DNA of 64,000 bases from Candidatus Thorarchaeota archaeon. Lineage in GTDB: Archaea; Asgardarchaeota; Thorarchaeia; Thorarchaeales; Thorarchaeaceae. The position numbers and the translations under genes were made by a program. The notes beneath the pieces are model-generated. The model was not told where the DNA came from. It worked only from the letters and a program-made list of their open reading frames with translations, and did not search any database. Shown here in pieces: positions 47,805 through 57,894 of this stretch. The stretch covers positions 32,001-96,000 of the forward strand of contig JAWOEX010000021.1 in the NCBI GenBank assembly GCA_046482545.1, given 5' to 3'. How positions within the stretch are numbered: the first letter of the stretch is position 1; every line of letters starts with the position of its first letter.

Positions 47805-48211
47805 TCAAGAGGCAAAAAGCAGGAATACTCTAATTTCTGAAATGCCGAATTCAGAAATCATTATTCCTTCTTATGACAACACATATTCGTAGCCACAGAC
47901 TCATCACACAGGTCTCATGAAAACAGTCAGAAGAATTTGGTGGAGATCTCCCGTACCTGTTGCTCTTCGCCGGGAGGGACGTAGATATACCAACAGGAGA
48001 CTTGTCAATTAGCCTCTTTGTACGGGATTATTTCTCCAGTTACGTATAACCAATAAGACCTATAAACCTATAGATTTTCGCTAAATTGATAGAAATATTC
48101 TAACAATATTTGTTTTTTTATGGGTTTTCTTCTTGTATATATTAGGAAATATACTATTTGATTTACAAAGCCAATCTGAGTCCGATAAAGTTGATAGCAG
48201 AGAGAAAGAAA

Positions 48212-48287
48212 TGGTAGCCCCGCCAGGATTCGAACCTAGGTCAGCGGGACCAGAACCCGCCATGCTGGACCACTACACCACGGGGCT
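48212..48287 (-). tRNA. tRNA-Gln (anticodon CUG), CCA encoded, no intron
   Basis: AGCCCCG acceptor stem with A1-U72, anticodon arm GCGGG-TTCTGGT-CCCGC, GGTTCGAATCC T-arm, ACCA end. Confidence 0.96.
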
Positions 48288-48486
48288 ATGCTCAGTGACT
48301 CCTGAAAGCAGCCAAAATCCTGCTTCAATACCGTGCCACCATTAGAGACAATATTACCTTTTCGTTTAGGTGTGTGTCATATTAGGAAGTTCTGACCAGT
48401 TTCCTGTGGGATATCAGGATTTTCTGAGAATAAGAAAAAGGCCTTAGGGGATAACTCATTAATCCGTCTACAGCTCCCGAATTTGA

Positions 48487-49227
48487 ATGGCCATGCCTCT
48501 TTGGAGTGAGCTCACATACAATCAATTCATCAAAGCAAGTAAGAACACCGAAACAGCTATTCTCATTACCGGGGCGGTTGAAACACATGGGACCCATCTT
48601 CCCCTTGGAACCGACTGCATACTTCCATCATACCTTGCTGAGAAGGTTGCTAAAAAGACAGATGCACTTGTTCTCCCGACCATACCTTTCGGAGATAGCT
48701 GGTCTTTCCTACCTTTCAAGGGTACAATTTCAATCCAGCCAGATAACCTGACTAGATTTTATCAAGATATTATGTCTTCAGTTTTTGATGCTGGATTCAG
48801 GTTCATCATTGCGCTTAATGGCCATGGTGGTAATTATTCATCACTTCAACAGGCAGCAAAAAAGGCAACAGAAAAAGGAGCGCACTCTGTCATCATTGTA
48901 AATTGGTGGCGAGACCTGGGGGAGGATACACGCAATGAAGTGCTTGAGACTGAAATTGGTCATGCGGCTGAAGACGAAACGTCTGAAGTAATGGCTGTCC
49001 GTCCTGAGCTGGTAAGTATTGGTTCGGCAGTTTCTGGACGGGTGAAGTCAAAATTCAGAATTGTTTCAGCCATACATAGGGATGATCTTTTTCCAAACGG
49101 AATGCACGGTGAACCCAAGAAGGCGACTTCTGAAAAGGGTAGAAGGATACTAGAAGCAGCCGAAAAAGAACTCATCGAGCTGGTCGGTGAACTGGAACAG
49201 GGCAGATTTCCGATTGATAGAACCTGA
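48487..49227 (+). CDS. Creatininase-family amidohydrolase
   Basis: GAVETHGTHLPLGTD, NGHGGN, GHAAEDETS. Confidence 0.9.
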   Translation: MAMPLWSELTYNQFIKASKNTETAILITGAVETHGTHLPLGTDCILPSYLAEKVAKKTDALVLPTIPFGDSWSFLPFKGTISIQPDNLTRFYQDIMSSVFDAGFRFIIALNGHGGNYSSLQQAAKKATEKGAHSVIIVNWWRDLGEDTRNEVLETEIGHAAEDETSEVMAVRPELVSIGSAVSGRVKSKFRIVSAIHRDDLFPNGMHGEPKKATSEKGRRILEAAEKELIELVGELEQGRFPIDRT

Positions 49228-49229
49228 TC

Positions 49230-50144
49230 CTACATGCCAATCTTGAATACCAGCGCATCACGCAATACCCGCTGAAACATGCGAACTAGGTTTTTGCCTT
49301 CAGTGGCAATCGTCTCAAAGACCGGAAAGCCCTCTAAATCAAGCATTTGTACTAGATAGTCAGGAGGGAGAGCATTAGGAAGATCCCGTTTATTGAGAGA
49401 AACAATGATGGGCATCGTGCTTACACGATCGGTACCTAGAGCTATTCTCAATTCTTCAATAGAAGCAAGATTCTCATTCATGGACTCGGGTCTGGAATCA
49501 GCCATGAATATAATACCATCGGCATCTTTCAGTACACTGATTCTGCTCCTAGCATGCCTTCTCTGACCTGCTACGGTAAAGACATCAAATACAATATTGC
49601 TACCTCTTGCAGCAATCGGAAGAAAATCAAAGAAAGTCGTCCTGCCGAGATCATCAGATATCTCGACCATTTTACGCTGACTCAAAGAGGGAATATTAGC
49701 AAACAACCATCGTAGAGCTGTTGTTTTACCAGAGAGAGACGGGCCATAGAATACAATCTTGATGTGGATTCTGCCCTCTTCGTCCCTCTTCAGAAGCCTG
49801 CCGGGGACAATCTCTTCAGGAGTATGAGGCTTGATTTTCGCTTCTTCTGCTAGTTGTTGTGTCTTCTCTGTGTCTATCTGCAATGTTTCTGCCCTTGCAG
49901 AAACCGTGCCAGTTGGGGAAACGGGCAAGTCTATAGCCGATAGCGGCTGCTCAGAAGGACTTGTGGATGCCGCGTCAAAGGAGGTTTCCTCGTATTCATT
50001 TCGCTTCTCAACAGTCTCCTCTGATTTACTTTCCTTTCCGACCGCTCTCTTAAGGCGGTCTACTATCCTCCTGAATAGAGACAACTGCTTGCAACCTCCA
50101 TTGGCTTGAACTGCCTGCTCCATTATCCGCGAATGTATAGGCAA
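49230..50144 (-). CDS. MglA-like small GTPase with N-terminal disordered extension
   Basis: KIVFYGPSLSGKTT, RTTFFDFLP, TVAGQ, DGIIFMADS, NKRD. Confidence 0.85.
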   Translation of the reverse strand: MPIHSRIMEQAVQANGGCKQLSLFRRIVDRLKRAVGKESKSEETVEKRNEYEETSFDAASTSPSEQPLSAIDLPVSPTGTVSARAETLQIDTEKTQQLAEEAKIKPHTPEEIVPGRLLKRDEEGRIHIKIVFYGPSLSGKTTALRWLFANIPSLSQRKMVEISDDLGRTTFFDFLPIAARGSNIVFDVFTVAGQRRHARSRISVLKDADGIIFMADSRPESMNENLASIEELRIALGTDRVSTMPIIVSLNKRDLPNALPPDYLVQMLDLEGFPVFETIATEGKNLVRMFQRVLRDALVFKIGM

Positions 50145-50248
50145 TAGGGTGATATGGCGAGACTTAAACTTTAGGTGGGTTTGTTTGACTTAAGCATTAG
50201 GTGGACAAATTTATCAAAGAAGCATGTTCTTCCGTTTTTTGAACCGCT

Positions 50249-51373
50249 ATGTCATCTTCAATTGGTCAGGACTTCATTGATAACCAATTTCCAACGCTTA
50301 CTTCTATGACGTACCTAAATAATGCATCAGTGGGTATACCTCCTGCAAGGATGAGCTCTGCGATTCAGAAATACCTAGAAGACAGAGCCGTAGTACGCAG
50401 GGATTTTGAAGATACCCTAGCTCTGTTCAAGGATGTGCGAAACAAGCTCGCCCGTTTGTTAGGGGGTAAGCGAAATCAGTATGGTCTTGTTCCAAGCACT
50501 AGTGCGGGATTGAATGCGATAGCACACAGTATCGCATATCCAGCCGGCTCTAATGTGGTGATATGCGACCTTGAGTTTCCTGCGAACTACATTCCATGGC
50601 AAAATGTGAAACAGGCCCATGGTGCTGAATTAAGGGTAGTTGAATCTGCTGATGGAGCAGTACCAACAGAACAGTTTGCTAAAGCAGTTGATGAGAATAC
50701 GAGAGTACTAGCGGTCAGCCTAGTACAGTTTGGTACCGGCTACAAATCAAATCTAGAAGAACTAGGGAAGATAATTCATGCGGTTGGTGGCTACTTGGTG
50801 GTTGATATCATTCAGGCAGCTGGCTGTTTAGATATTGATCTCGTACATTCCAATGTGGATTTCGCTGCTGGACAGAGTGCCAAGTGGCTTATAGGCCCTA
50901 TCGGAGCGGGCTATGTTTATGCTGATGAATCTGTTGTGGAAGAGGTACAGCCAATTACCGCTGGCTGGTGGGGTGTTGAAGACTTAGTAGACTTTACGTA
51001 CCGTGAACGCAAACCATTACCCGATGCAAGGCGTTTCCAAGGAGGTTCCTTAGCAATGATGGGATATGTTGGATTCAGAGAATCTCTTGATGTTCTGCTG
51101 GAACTCAATGCGAAAGCTCGAGAGCAGGCAGCACTGGACTGTGCAGACTACCTCAGAAAAAGACTCAGAGAGGAAGAAATCGACTATTACGGATTCGATG
51201 AAGAAAATAGGTCGGCGATTGTTTCATGTACACCTGAAAATCCCGAGATCCTGAATGAGAAACTGAATGAGCATAGAGTATACTGCTCAGTACGAAATGG
51301 CAGACTCAGAGTTTCGCCACATTTCTATAACACGAGACATGATATAGACACGCTGATGCGATACGTTGTGTGA
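50249..51373 (+). CDS. Class V PLP-dependent aminotransferase / cysteine-desulfurase-like
   Basis: YLNNAS, EFPAN, DIIQAAG, KWLIGPIGAG, RVSPHFYN. Confidence 0.85.
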   Translation: MSSSIGQDFIDNQFPTLTSMTYLNNASVGIPPARMSSAIQKYLEDRAVVRRDFEDTLALFKDVRNKLARLLGGKRNQYGLVPSTSAGLNAIAHSIAYPAGSNVVICDLEFPANYIPWQNVKQAHGAELRVVESADGAVPTEQFAKAVDENTRVLAVSLVQFGTGYKSNLEELGKIIHAVGGYLVVDIIQAAGCLDIDLVHSNVDFAAGQSAKWLIGPIGAGYVYADESVVEEVQPITAGWWGVEDLVDFTYRERKPLPDARRFQGGSLAMMGYVGFRESLDVLLELNAKAREQAALDCADYLRKRLREEEIDYYGFDEENRSAIVSCTPENPEILNEKLNEHRVYCSVRNGRLRVSPHFYNTRHDIDTLMRYVV

Positions 51374-52058
51374 AACCATGTTTGAAGAAATAAATAACAG
51401 CATTCATTTTAGACAAAGTAAATCATTCGACAGTAACATCATCTGGATAGATGGTGGCGAGCGCCAAGCGTTGGTCGATACAGGCACAGGTATGTATCAC
51501 GAGAGTCTACTAAAAGACCTCAAGAAAATTGGTTCATCTGAGCATGAAATTACAGACATCATTTTTACACACAGCCATATCGACCACATTGGAGGTGTTG
51601 TCCCCCTCCTTTCTAGCAATGATTATAGGATGTATTTGCACCGCTCAGAAGGAAAAAGAATCAATTCTGGAAACATGGAACTGACTCTCAGTGACACGTT
51701 CGGGGTGGATCTTCCTCAGTTCAAAATAGGCATACTACTTGATGATCAAGACATAATCGATATTGGCGATGTTAGTCTTAAGGTGCATCATACTCCTGGC
51801 CACTCCTGTGGTTGCATCTGTCTGGAGGTGTTAGGTGAAAACATCATGCTTACAGGAGACACAATGTTCCCAAGCGGAAGCTTTGGTCGAGTTGATTTTC
51901 CAACGGGTGACCCCAGAAAACTAGTGAAATCTCTCAAGAAGCTTAGCGAGATGGAATTCGGAATCGCCCTTCCAGGACACATGCATGCTGTTAGACACGA
52001 TGCCAAAAATGCAGCTCAGCAATCCTACCGGATGGCAAAACGCATGTTCCGGATTTAG
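51366..52058 (+). CDS. MBL-fold metallohydrolase (glyoxalase II-like)
   Basis: THSHIDHIGG, TPGHS, GD, PGH. Confidence 0.9.
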   Translation: MCETMFEEINNSIHFRQSKSFDSNIIWIDGGERQALVDTGTGMYHESLLKDLKKIGSSEHEITDIIFTHSHIDHIGGVVPLLSSNDYRMYLHRSEGKRINSGNMELTLSDTFGVDLPQFKIGILLDDQDIIDIGDVSLKVHHTPGHSCGCICLEVLGENIMLTGDTMFPSGSFGRVDFPTGDPRKLVKSLKKLSEMEFGIALPGHMHAVRHDAKNAAQQSYRMAKRMFRI

Positions 52059-53056
52059 CCCCTAGAAGCTAGGTCAACAAGTCTCTCTGGACGAATTACA
52101 GGCAGCTTCTTTGAATTACTGTCCTCGGCTTGTCGTCTTCTCTCCAAAGCTCTGACTAAGGCTAGTACACTTTTGCTGTAAGGAGTCTCCAATCCCAATC
52201 CCTCTGCTTTGCGGACTATCTCACCCGTGATGAAATCAATCTCCGTTTTTTGTCCTTTCATGATATCCTGTAGCATTGAATTGATGTTGTCAGCAGTAGC
52301 TTTGGCCGTACCAAGGGTATACCTGACTGGGTCGTCTGCATCGAGAGCAATATCGAGTTTTTCGGCTACTTTCGCCGCTTCTTCAACCAAGTTGATGACC
52401 AATCCTCGAAGTTCTCTATCTTTATACACTTCACCATTAGTTAAACCAGTCAGCGCACCAACAGGATTGATCCCACAATTGACTATGGTCTTCGTCCAAA
52501 CTACGGCCTCTATGTCATCAGAACTAGAAGCCTCGAAAGAGGCATCCTGAAGCAGCTTGACTACTTCATCCACTATTTCAGAATTCTCTTCATAATGTGA
52601 GCCAATCTCGGTTATGCCAGTTCCTGTGATTGTCACTTCACCCTTTCCAGTCATCATGGCGCCCATACAAGAGGTGGCACGTAACACTTTTCGGGTGTTC
52701 AATTCCTCAGCAACCAGTTCTTCGGTTCCGATTCCATTCTGAAGGCAGATGAAGTATGTGTTCCCGTCAGCAAGATGCTTCAGTTCTCGGGCAGCTTCCT
52801 GAGTATCATATGACTTCGTGGTTATGAAAACTAAATCCGCATTCTCGATTTCAGTTGGATCTGATGTCGCTTCTATATCAACGGAGTGCTTGCCCAACAC
52901 ACCTTTGATACGAAGCCCGCGTTCCTTGATTGCCTGAACGTGTCGGGGACGAGCAACAAGTGTAACCGAAGCCATCCCAGCAAGCTGGATAAGACCTCCA
53001 TAGAGCGAGCCAAGTGCTCCGGACCCCATAATTGTAACACGAAGATGGTCTTTCAT
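52055..53056 (-). CDS. panE: Ketopantoate reductase
   Basis: GSGALG, TKSYD, LQNGIG, WTK..VN...N, NSMLQD...TEIDFI.G. Confidence 0.9.
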   Translation of the reverse strand: MKDHLRVTIMGSGALGSLYGGLIQLAGMASVTLVARPRHVQAIKERGLRIKGVLGKHSVDIEATSDPTEIENADLVFITTKSYDTQEAARELKHLADGNTYFICLQNGIGTEELVAEELNTRKVLRATSCMGAMMTGKGEVTITGTGITEIGSHYEENSEIVDEVVKLLQDASFEASSSDDIEAVVWTKTIVNCGINPVGALTGLTNGEVYKDRELRGLVINLVEEAAKVAEKLDIALDADDPVRYTLGTAKATADNINSMLQDIMKGQKTEIDFITGEIVRKAEGLGLETPYSKSVLALVRALERRRQAEDSNSKKLPVIRPERLVDLASRG

Positions 53057-53868
53057 GTCAAGGCCTCCTGTTCATCGTTAATCTCTTCTATGATTCTCGT
53101 TTTCGCCATTTTCTTGAGGTGTTCCGTGATGCCTTCGATTGCTATTCTCAGGTTCTCCTTGTTATCAAAGTCATGGACGATTTTGGCAAGTTTCTGCATC
53201 CCATAAGATTTCATCGCTTTGGCCATATCAACCATGATGGGCATTGCTCGAACAATATTGTCAACGATGGTAATGTTCGAGTAAATTGCAGTTCTGCTCA
53301 TAGGATTGAGGTCTATCGTAATGACACGTTTTCCAATCCTTCTAAGCGCTTCGGTCCGATCGCCATCCTCGAGCGGAACAAGCACTGTATCCGCAATGGC
53401 AATGCCTTCCGAATCAACTTTCCGACGATTGCTGCTCAGCTCGGGTATCTTTTCGGATGGACGATCACATGTTCCCAATACTTCCTTTGCACCCGCATCA
53501 GTCAGAGCCTGCAGCATGGCTTCCTCCCGCTCCCTGCGATAGTAAAACAGATTGATTTCAAGAGGTGCTCCTGTTATTTCAGAAAGCTCGACAAGCTCGG
53601 AGGGAACCAAAGCACAAGCATTTCCGTTTACGCTTATGACAGGATGCTCTGAAAGATGAAGAGCAGCAACTGTGGCCTGTGCAGCATCCTTTGCTGAAGG
53701 GGTAGTCTTTTCGCCAATCAAATAGTCGAACGCCTCTCCACGACCATGGGCTAGTAGCCCTGCTGTTGCCACAATATTGTCTTCATGTCCCTCAATAATC
53801 TGTTCCCTGATATCGAGCGATACCTTTCGAGGATGATCATCCGGTACCACTATCTTCTCCACATTCAC
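53053..53868 (-). CDS. Archaeal phosphopantothenate synthetase
   Basis: HPRKVSL, AHGRGEAFDYLIGE, ISVNGN, VPLEDGDR, IDLNPMSRT. Confidence 0.92.
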   Translation of the reverse strand: MNVEKIVVPDDHPRKVSLDIREQIIEGHEDNIVATAGLLAHGRGEAFDYLIGEKTTPSAKDAAQATVAALHLSEHPVISVNGNACALVPSELVELSEITGAPLEINLFYYRREREEAMLQALTDAGAKEVLGTCDRPSEKIPELSSNRRKVDSEGIAIADTVLVPLEDGDRTEALRRIGKRVITIDLNPMSRTAIYSNITIVDNIVRAMPIMVDMAKAMKSYGMQKLAKIVHDFDNKENLRIAIEGITEHLKKMAKTRIIEEINDEQEALT

Positions 53869-54800
53869 TCTAGCCTACCTCCATGTGATGAAATCGAAGT
53901 AACAATGATATGTTCATCTGTCCAATGTTCCCGCAGAATACGTCTAGCCGTTCTCCAATTCTGTTCACATAGGCAGAATACAGAGTCTCCGAGCATAACC
54001 ATACCGCTCCGACCCAAACCAGCCGATTTCAAATCGGACAAAGCAGCCTGAACCCTCGGAGTCACGAGGCCAACAGCATCAGAAAATTGTTGAGAGCATG
54101 ATACAAACATGTCTACTGTAGGATCGGATATGATTTGCTTAACTAGCCGCTGCCCAGTTGCATTGATACGTTCTCGATGAGTAGAATCTGTAAGTATCTT
54201 TTCTGTTTCTAATCCAGAAGATCCTGCAAGAATAACATGGGTCCTCTCACGATATGGAATCGATTTAGTCTGTCCTATACCAGGAGCTCCTGGTTTCGTC
54301 CTAATTTCGAATCCACCAGCGGTCTGTGCAATGACATCTCCAAGACCAGTATGATGTTTGACTTCTGCAACATGAGCATATTTCGCCGCTGAGATGATGT
54401 CTTCAGATCCGAAAAGTATCTTCTGGACAGCAATGGCAGTGCCCAGAGCACCAGCCCCTGAAGCTCCAAAACCAGCACCGATTACTAATGGGGACTCATG
54501 TGTCACATTAACATCATGCTCGATACCTTTATCGGCCAACATAGAGCTCACAACTTCTTTCGATACGACTCCACTAATCGGTTCTCCATTGTACTTGATA
54601 CTCACACGAGAAGCAGTAGAATCCAAGAGATGGACAGTAGTCCTAATGCCAGACTCTACCGAGAAGCCAGCACCCATAGAACCACAATGGAGAGGATCAC
54701 TAGCATCATCTTGTATCACAAAGAACCCGGTCACATGTCCAGGAACAAAAGCTGTGGCCATGTTTGAATTCGATTGTTCTCGTGTCAATTTCGCTTTCAA
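53865..54800 (-). CDS. Pantoate kinase (GHMP family)
   Basis: FVPGHVTGFF, GSMGAG, GAGFGASGA, AHVAEV..TGLGDV. Confidence 0.9.
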   Translation of the reverse strand: MKAKLTREQSNSNMATAFVPGHVTGFFVIQDDASDPLHCGSMGAGFSVESGIRTTVHLLDSTASRVSIKYNGEPISGVVSKEVVSSMLADKGIEHDVNVTHESPLVIGAGFGASGAGALGTAIAVQKILFGSEDIISAAKYAHVAEVKHHTGLGDVIAQTAGGFEIRTKPGAPGIGQTKSIPYRERTHVILAGSSGLETEKILTDSTHRERINATGQRLVKQIISDPTVDMFVSCSQQFSDAVGLVTPRVQAALSDLKSAGLGRSGMVMLGDSVFCLCEQNWRTARRILREHWTDEHIIVTSISSHGGRLE

Positions 54801-54873
54801 GGCATCTTACGAGCTTGTCGTTATATAAATGACCATGCAATTATGCATAGTGTATATACAATATATACAACTT

Positions 54874-55674
54874 TCAGCCATCAAAAGGAACAAGACTGGT
54901 GTATTTCTTGACGCGCGGGTCATCAGAAGGTTCAGCTGGATAAGCCCACCGGGCGTCTATATCTCGCCCGCTCAAATCGTACACATCAAAGCTGCCAGAA
55001 GACCACGTGAGGGGGCTGAAACCAAGTAAAAGAGTCTGTGTACGCCAACTGCTAACAACCAAGTGATTGTGCATATTTGTAGTAGGGACAACTAGAAATG
55101 CGTTTGATAATTCCATGAGAAGGCTTGTACTTATGCGATAGAAGAAGCTGTAGATTCTTCGATGTTCATCACTGCCTCGACTCCGCAAATCATTCAGATA
55201 TCGATATATTGTCTCGTCATGGACCTGCGGATCCATAACATCAGACAGCTCTTCCACGTCAACTACAACAGTAGTCTCAAAATAGTACGCAAGTGGGAAC
55301 TCAGTTATATGAAAAAGCAAGAATTTATCCTCTGTAATCGTCCGGTAAAGGTGCTGGAAAATGGATTGCTTCGAATAGAGCATGCTGGCATCTAAGTCAG
55401 CAGGCTCAAAATTGCCTGCCTCATCAGAAACCGTTAGTCTGAACATATCGTCCAGCATATCACCGTCATAGCCGATTCTCACCAAATGATACGGCTCTTC
55501 TCCATTTTCCTGCATCATGTCTTGAGATATGAGCCATTTGTTGAAATCATGCTGGAATATATCTACTTCGTCATCATCGTCAACTACAAATAGGCTCTGG
55601 CTTGGACTACCAAAGGCTGACACCGTCTTTTCGTATGCTTGGTAGCGAGCTTTCTTCTCCGGTGGTTCAGGCAT
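54874..55674 (-). CDS. Hypothetical protein
   Basis: Long acidic ORF with GGAGGGGTG SD before ATG at 55674. Confidence 0.6.
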   Translation of the reverse strand: MPEPPEKKARYQAYEKTVSAFGSPSQSLFVVDDDDEVDIFQHDFNKWLISQDMMQENGEEPYHLVRIGYDGDMLDDMFRLTVSDEAGNFEPADLDASMLYSKQSIFQHLYRTITEDKFLLFHITEFPLAYYFETTVVVDVEELSDVMDPQVHDETIYRYLNDLRSRGSDEHRRIYSFFYRISTSLLMELSNAFLVVPTTNMHNHLVVSSWRTQTLLLGFSPLTWSSGSFDVYDLSGRDIDARWAYPAEPSDDPRVKKYTSLVPFDG

Positions 55675-56096
55675 CGAGAGCACCCCTCCGGAATATTAGA
55701 ACCGAGTCCAGCAAGTCTTTAGCACCCACCAATCAGACAGCACATTGTGCAGGTAGCACTGCAACGCCCCTGCTGCAATCAACCGATTCATTTGATTCAA
55801 TTGTAGATAACTTTTGGTCAGGTATTCCTTGCACCAGCGGTAACGTGTTGGTTCAGTCCGCCTCATATATTCTTTGCCTTGCAGGGGGTACTTTGTAGGG
55901 AGTCATACCAAGATATCGGAATGATTCATGCTTTTGCTCCTGATTGTCAGGATTCATGCTTTTAAATAATGAATTGACGGCTCATCTATTCTTCTCACAA
56001 CAATTCCGCCTACTTTTTCCACAGAGCCCTTACAGGGTGGACTTATTGTAGTTAAAATGTCGTTTTTACACTCAATTCGTATTCAAAGCCGGATTA

Positions 56097-57392
56097 TTGT
56101 GTGCGGCGCTCAGTTTATCAGTAATGAATACCTTGAGGGGGTGTGTGCTGACCATGAAACACACCTCCAAGTTGATTACAGGCAGCTACAGCGACTTACT
56201 AGTAGGTAAGAGAATAGCTCTTTGTGTAACAGGTAGTGTTGCAGCAGTTACGACAACGTCATTGGCCCGGTTATTGATGCGTCATGGAGCTGATGTCCAC
56301 TGTGTTATGACAGAGGCATCCAGACAAATCATCCACCCTTACTTGCTGGAATGGGCAACGGGTAACGAAGTAATTACCCACCTGACCGGGAAAATAGAGC
56401 ATGTGACTTTGGCTGGAAAACATCCGGATAGAGTAGACTTGGTCATCATCTCTCCATCCACAGCTAATACAATTGGCAAAGTAGCGAATGGCATAGATGA
56501 TACTCCAGTTACGACAACGGTTTCATCTGCAATCGGAGCAGGTATACCGACGCTAGTAGTTCCTGCAATGCATCAGTCGATGTATGACCATCCGGCAGTG
56601 GTAGAGAACATAGAGAAGCTGAGAGGTTGGGGGATAAGAGTTCTGGCTCCAAGACTTGAGGAGGGAAAAGCCAAGATTCCTACTACTGAGACCATACTGG
56701 AATACGCCCTTCAGATGGCTACTGCAAACGATATGGAAGGTCGGAAGTTTGTCATAACTGCCGGTCCAACGAGAGCATGGCTCGATGGTGTTCGGTTTCT
56801 TACCAACCCCTCCACCGGGAAAATGGGAATCGCTTTGGCTGATGAAGCCTGTTCACGTGGAGCAGATGTAGATTTGATTATTGGCCCCACAGCTGAACGT
56901 CCTCCTTCGCTCGTTAATGTGGTATCAGTTGAGACTCCCGAAGAGATGCTGGAAGCAGTAATGCAGTCACTTTCTGCTGAGAGAGCTGATGCGTTAATAT
57001 CAGCGGCTGCTGTTTTGGACTATCAACCCACGAAGAAGATAGAAGGAAAAATGAAATCCGAAGAAGAAGGGCGTCACATTGATCTTGTCGCCACTCCAAA
57101 AATAATCGAGGAGGTTCGAGAGAGATATAGCGACCTCTTGATTGTAGGATTCAAGGTAGAAGTGGATGTCGAAGAAAAGGAGTTGGAAAAAAGGGCACAA
57201 AAAAAGATTCAATCAGGGATATGCAATCTGGTAGTCGCCAATGATGCCGCAAAGAAAGGGGTCGCCTTCGGTACAGACACAAATCAAGTCATACTGGTTG
57301 GAGAAAGTGATTTTGTTCAGAAGACTCCGAAGAAGAGCAAGAGAGACGTCGCCCGAATCATCCTTGAGGAAGTCATCAGAAGAATTGAGTAG
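56097..57392 (+). CDS. coaBC: Phosphopantothenoylcysteine decarboxylase/synthetase (start probably 56154)
   Basis: VTGSVAA, PSTANTIGK, PAMH, TAGPT, VRFLTNPSTGKMG, AAVLDY, VGFK.E, VAND. Confidence 0.93.
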   Translation: MCAALSLSVMNTLRGCVLTMKHTSKLITGSYSDLLVGKRIALCVTGSVAAVTTTSLARLLMRHGADVHCVMTEASRQIIHPYLLEWATGNEVITHLTGKIEHVTLAGKHPDRVDLVIISPSTANTIGKVANGIDDTPVTTTVSSAIGAGIPTLVVPAMHQSMYDHPAVVENIEKLRGWGIRVLAPRLEEGKAKIPTTETILEYALQMATANDMEGRKFVITAGPTRAWLDGVRFLTNPSTGKMGIALADEACSRGADVDLIIGPTAERPPSLVNVVSVETPEEMLEAVMQSLSAERADALISAAAVLDYQPTKKIEGKMKSEEEGRHIDLVATPKIIEEVRERYSDLLIVGFKVEVDVEEKELEKRAQKKIQSGICNLVVANDAAKKGVAFGTDTNQVILVGESDFVQKTPKKSKRDVARIILEEVIRRIE

Positions 57393-57436
57393 GGATTCAA
57401 GTCTGTAGATATAGCTCATATACTAATTTACACATG

Positions 57437-57799
57437 CTACAATACGTCGGCAAGGCTTTCGGACATCCTTTCCATATCTACAAAGATTAGCCCTAATTGT
57501 GCATCAGCCCTAGCTAGAACAAGTAATAGAGCACTTTCACCCACTGATGTCATTAATGTGTAGCCTTTGTCACCTTTAACATAGATTTCCATCAGCTCTC
57601 CACGATTCAGTTCCCTTGTAGCTTTTTCACCTAGCGAAAGCATGGCAGCACTTATGGCAGCGACTCGTTCCTGTTCACTCTCTGGGAGCGCTGCAGATAT
57701 CATGAGACCATCAAGAGAAACTAGAGCAGCACCCTGAACACCCGGAGTGCTATCGAATTCGCGGATTGTCGAATTTATCTTATCAACGCGGCTTGACAA
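57437..57799 (-). CDS. Roadblock/LC7 (MglB-like) protein
   Basis: AALVSLDGLMISAALP, VAAISAAMLSLG, EL.RGEL, LGLIF. Confidence 0.92.
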   Translation of the reverse strand: MSSRVDKINSTIREFDSTPGVQGAALVSLDGLMISAALPESEQERVAAISAAMLSLGEKATRELNRGELMEIYVKGDKGYTLMTSVGESALLLVLARADAQLGLIFVDMERMSESLADVL

Positions 57800-57894
57800 T
57801 GTGGGTTACCTCTATTATATAACAGCGCTATGGGTAAAAGACTTCACGGTCTATAAAATCTTGCTATGATTAAAGAGAAACTAAGTTTTGTAGG

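Noticed and set aside
47820-48211. Integrated element at tRNA-Gln
   Set aside because: AT-rich flank, but no integrase and no duplicated tRNA 3' end seen in the window.
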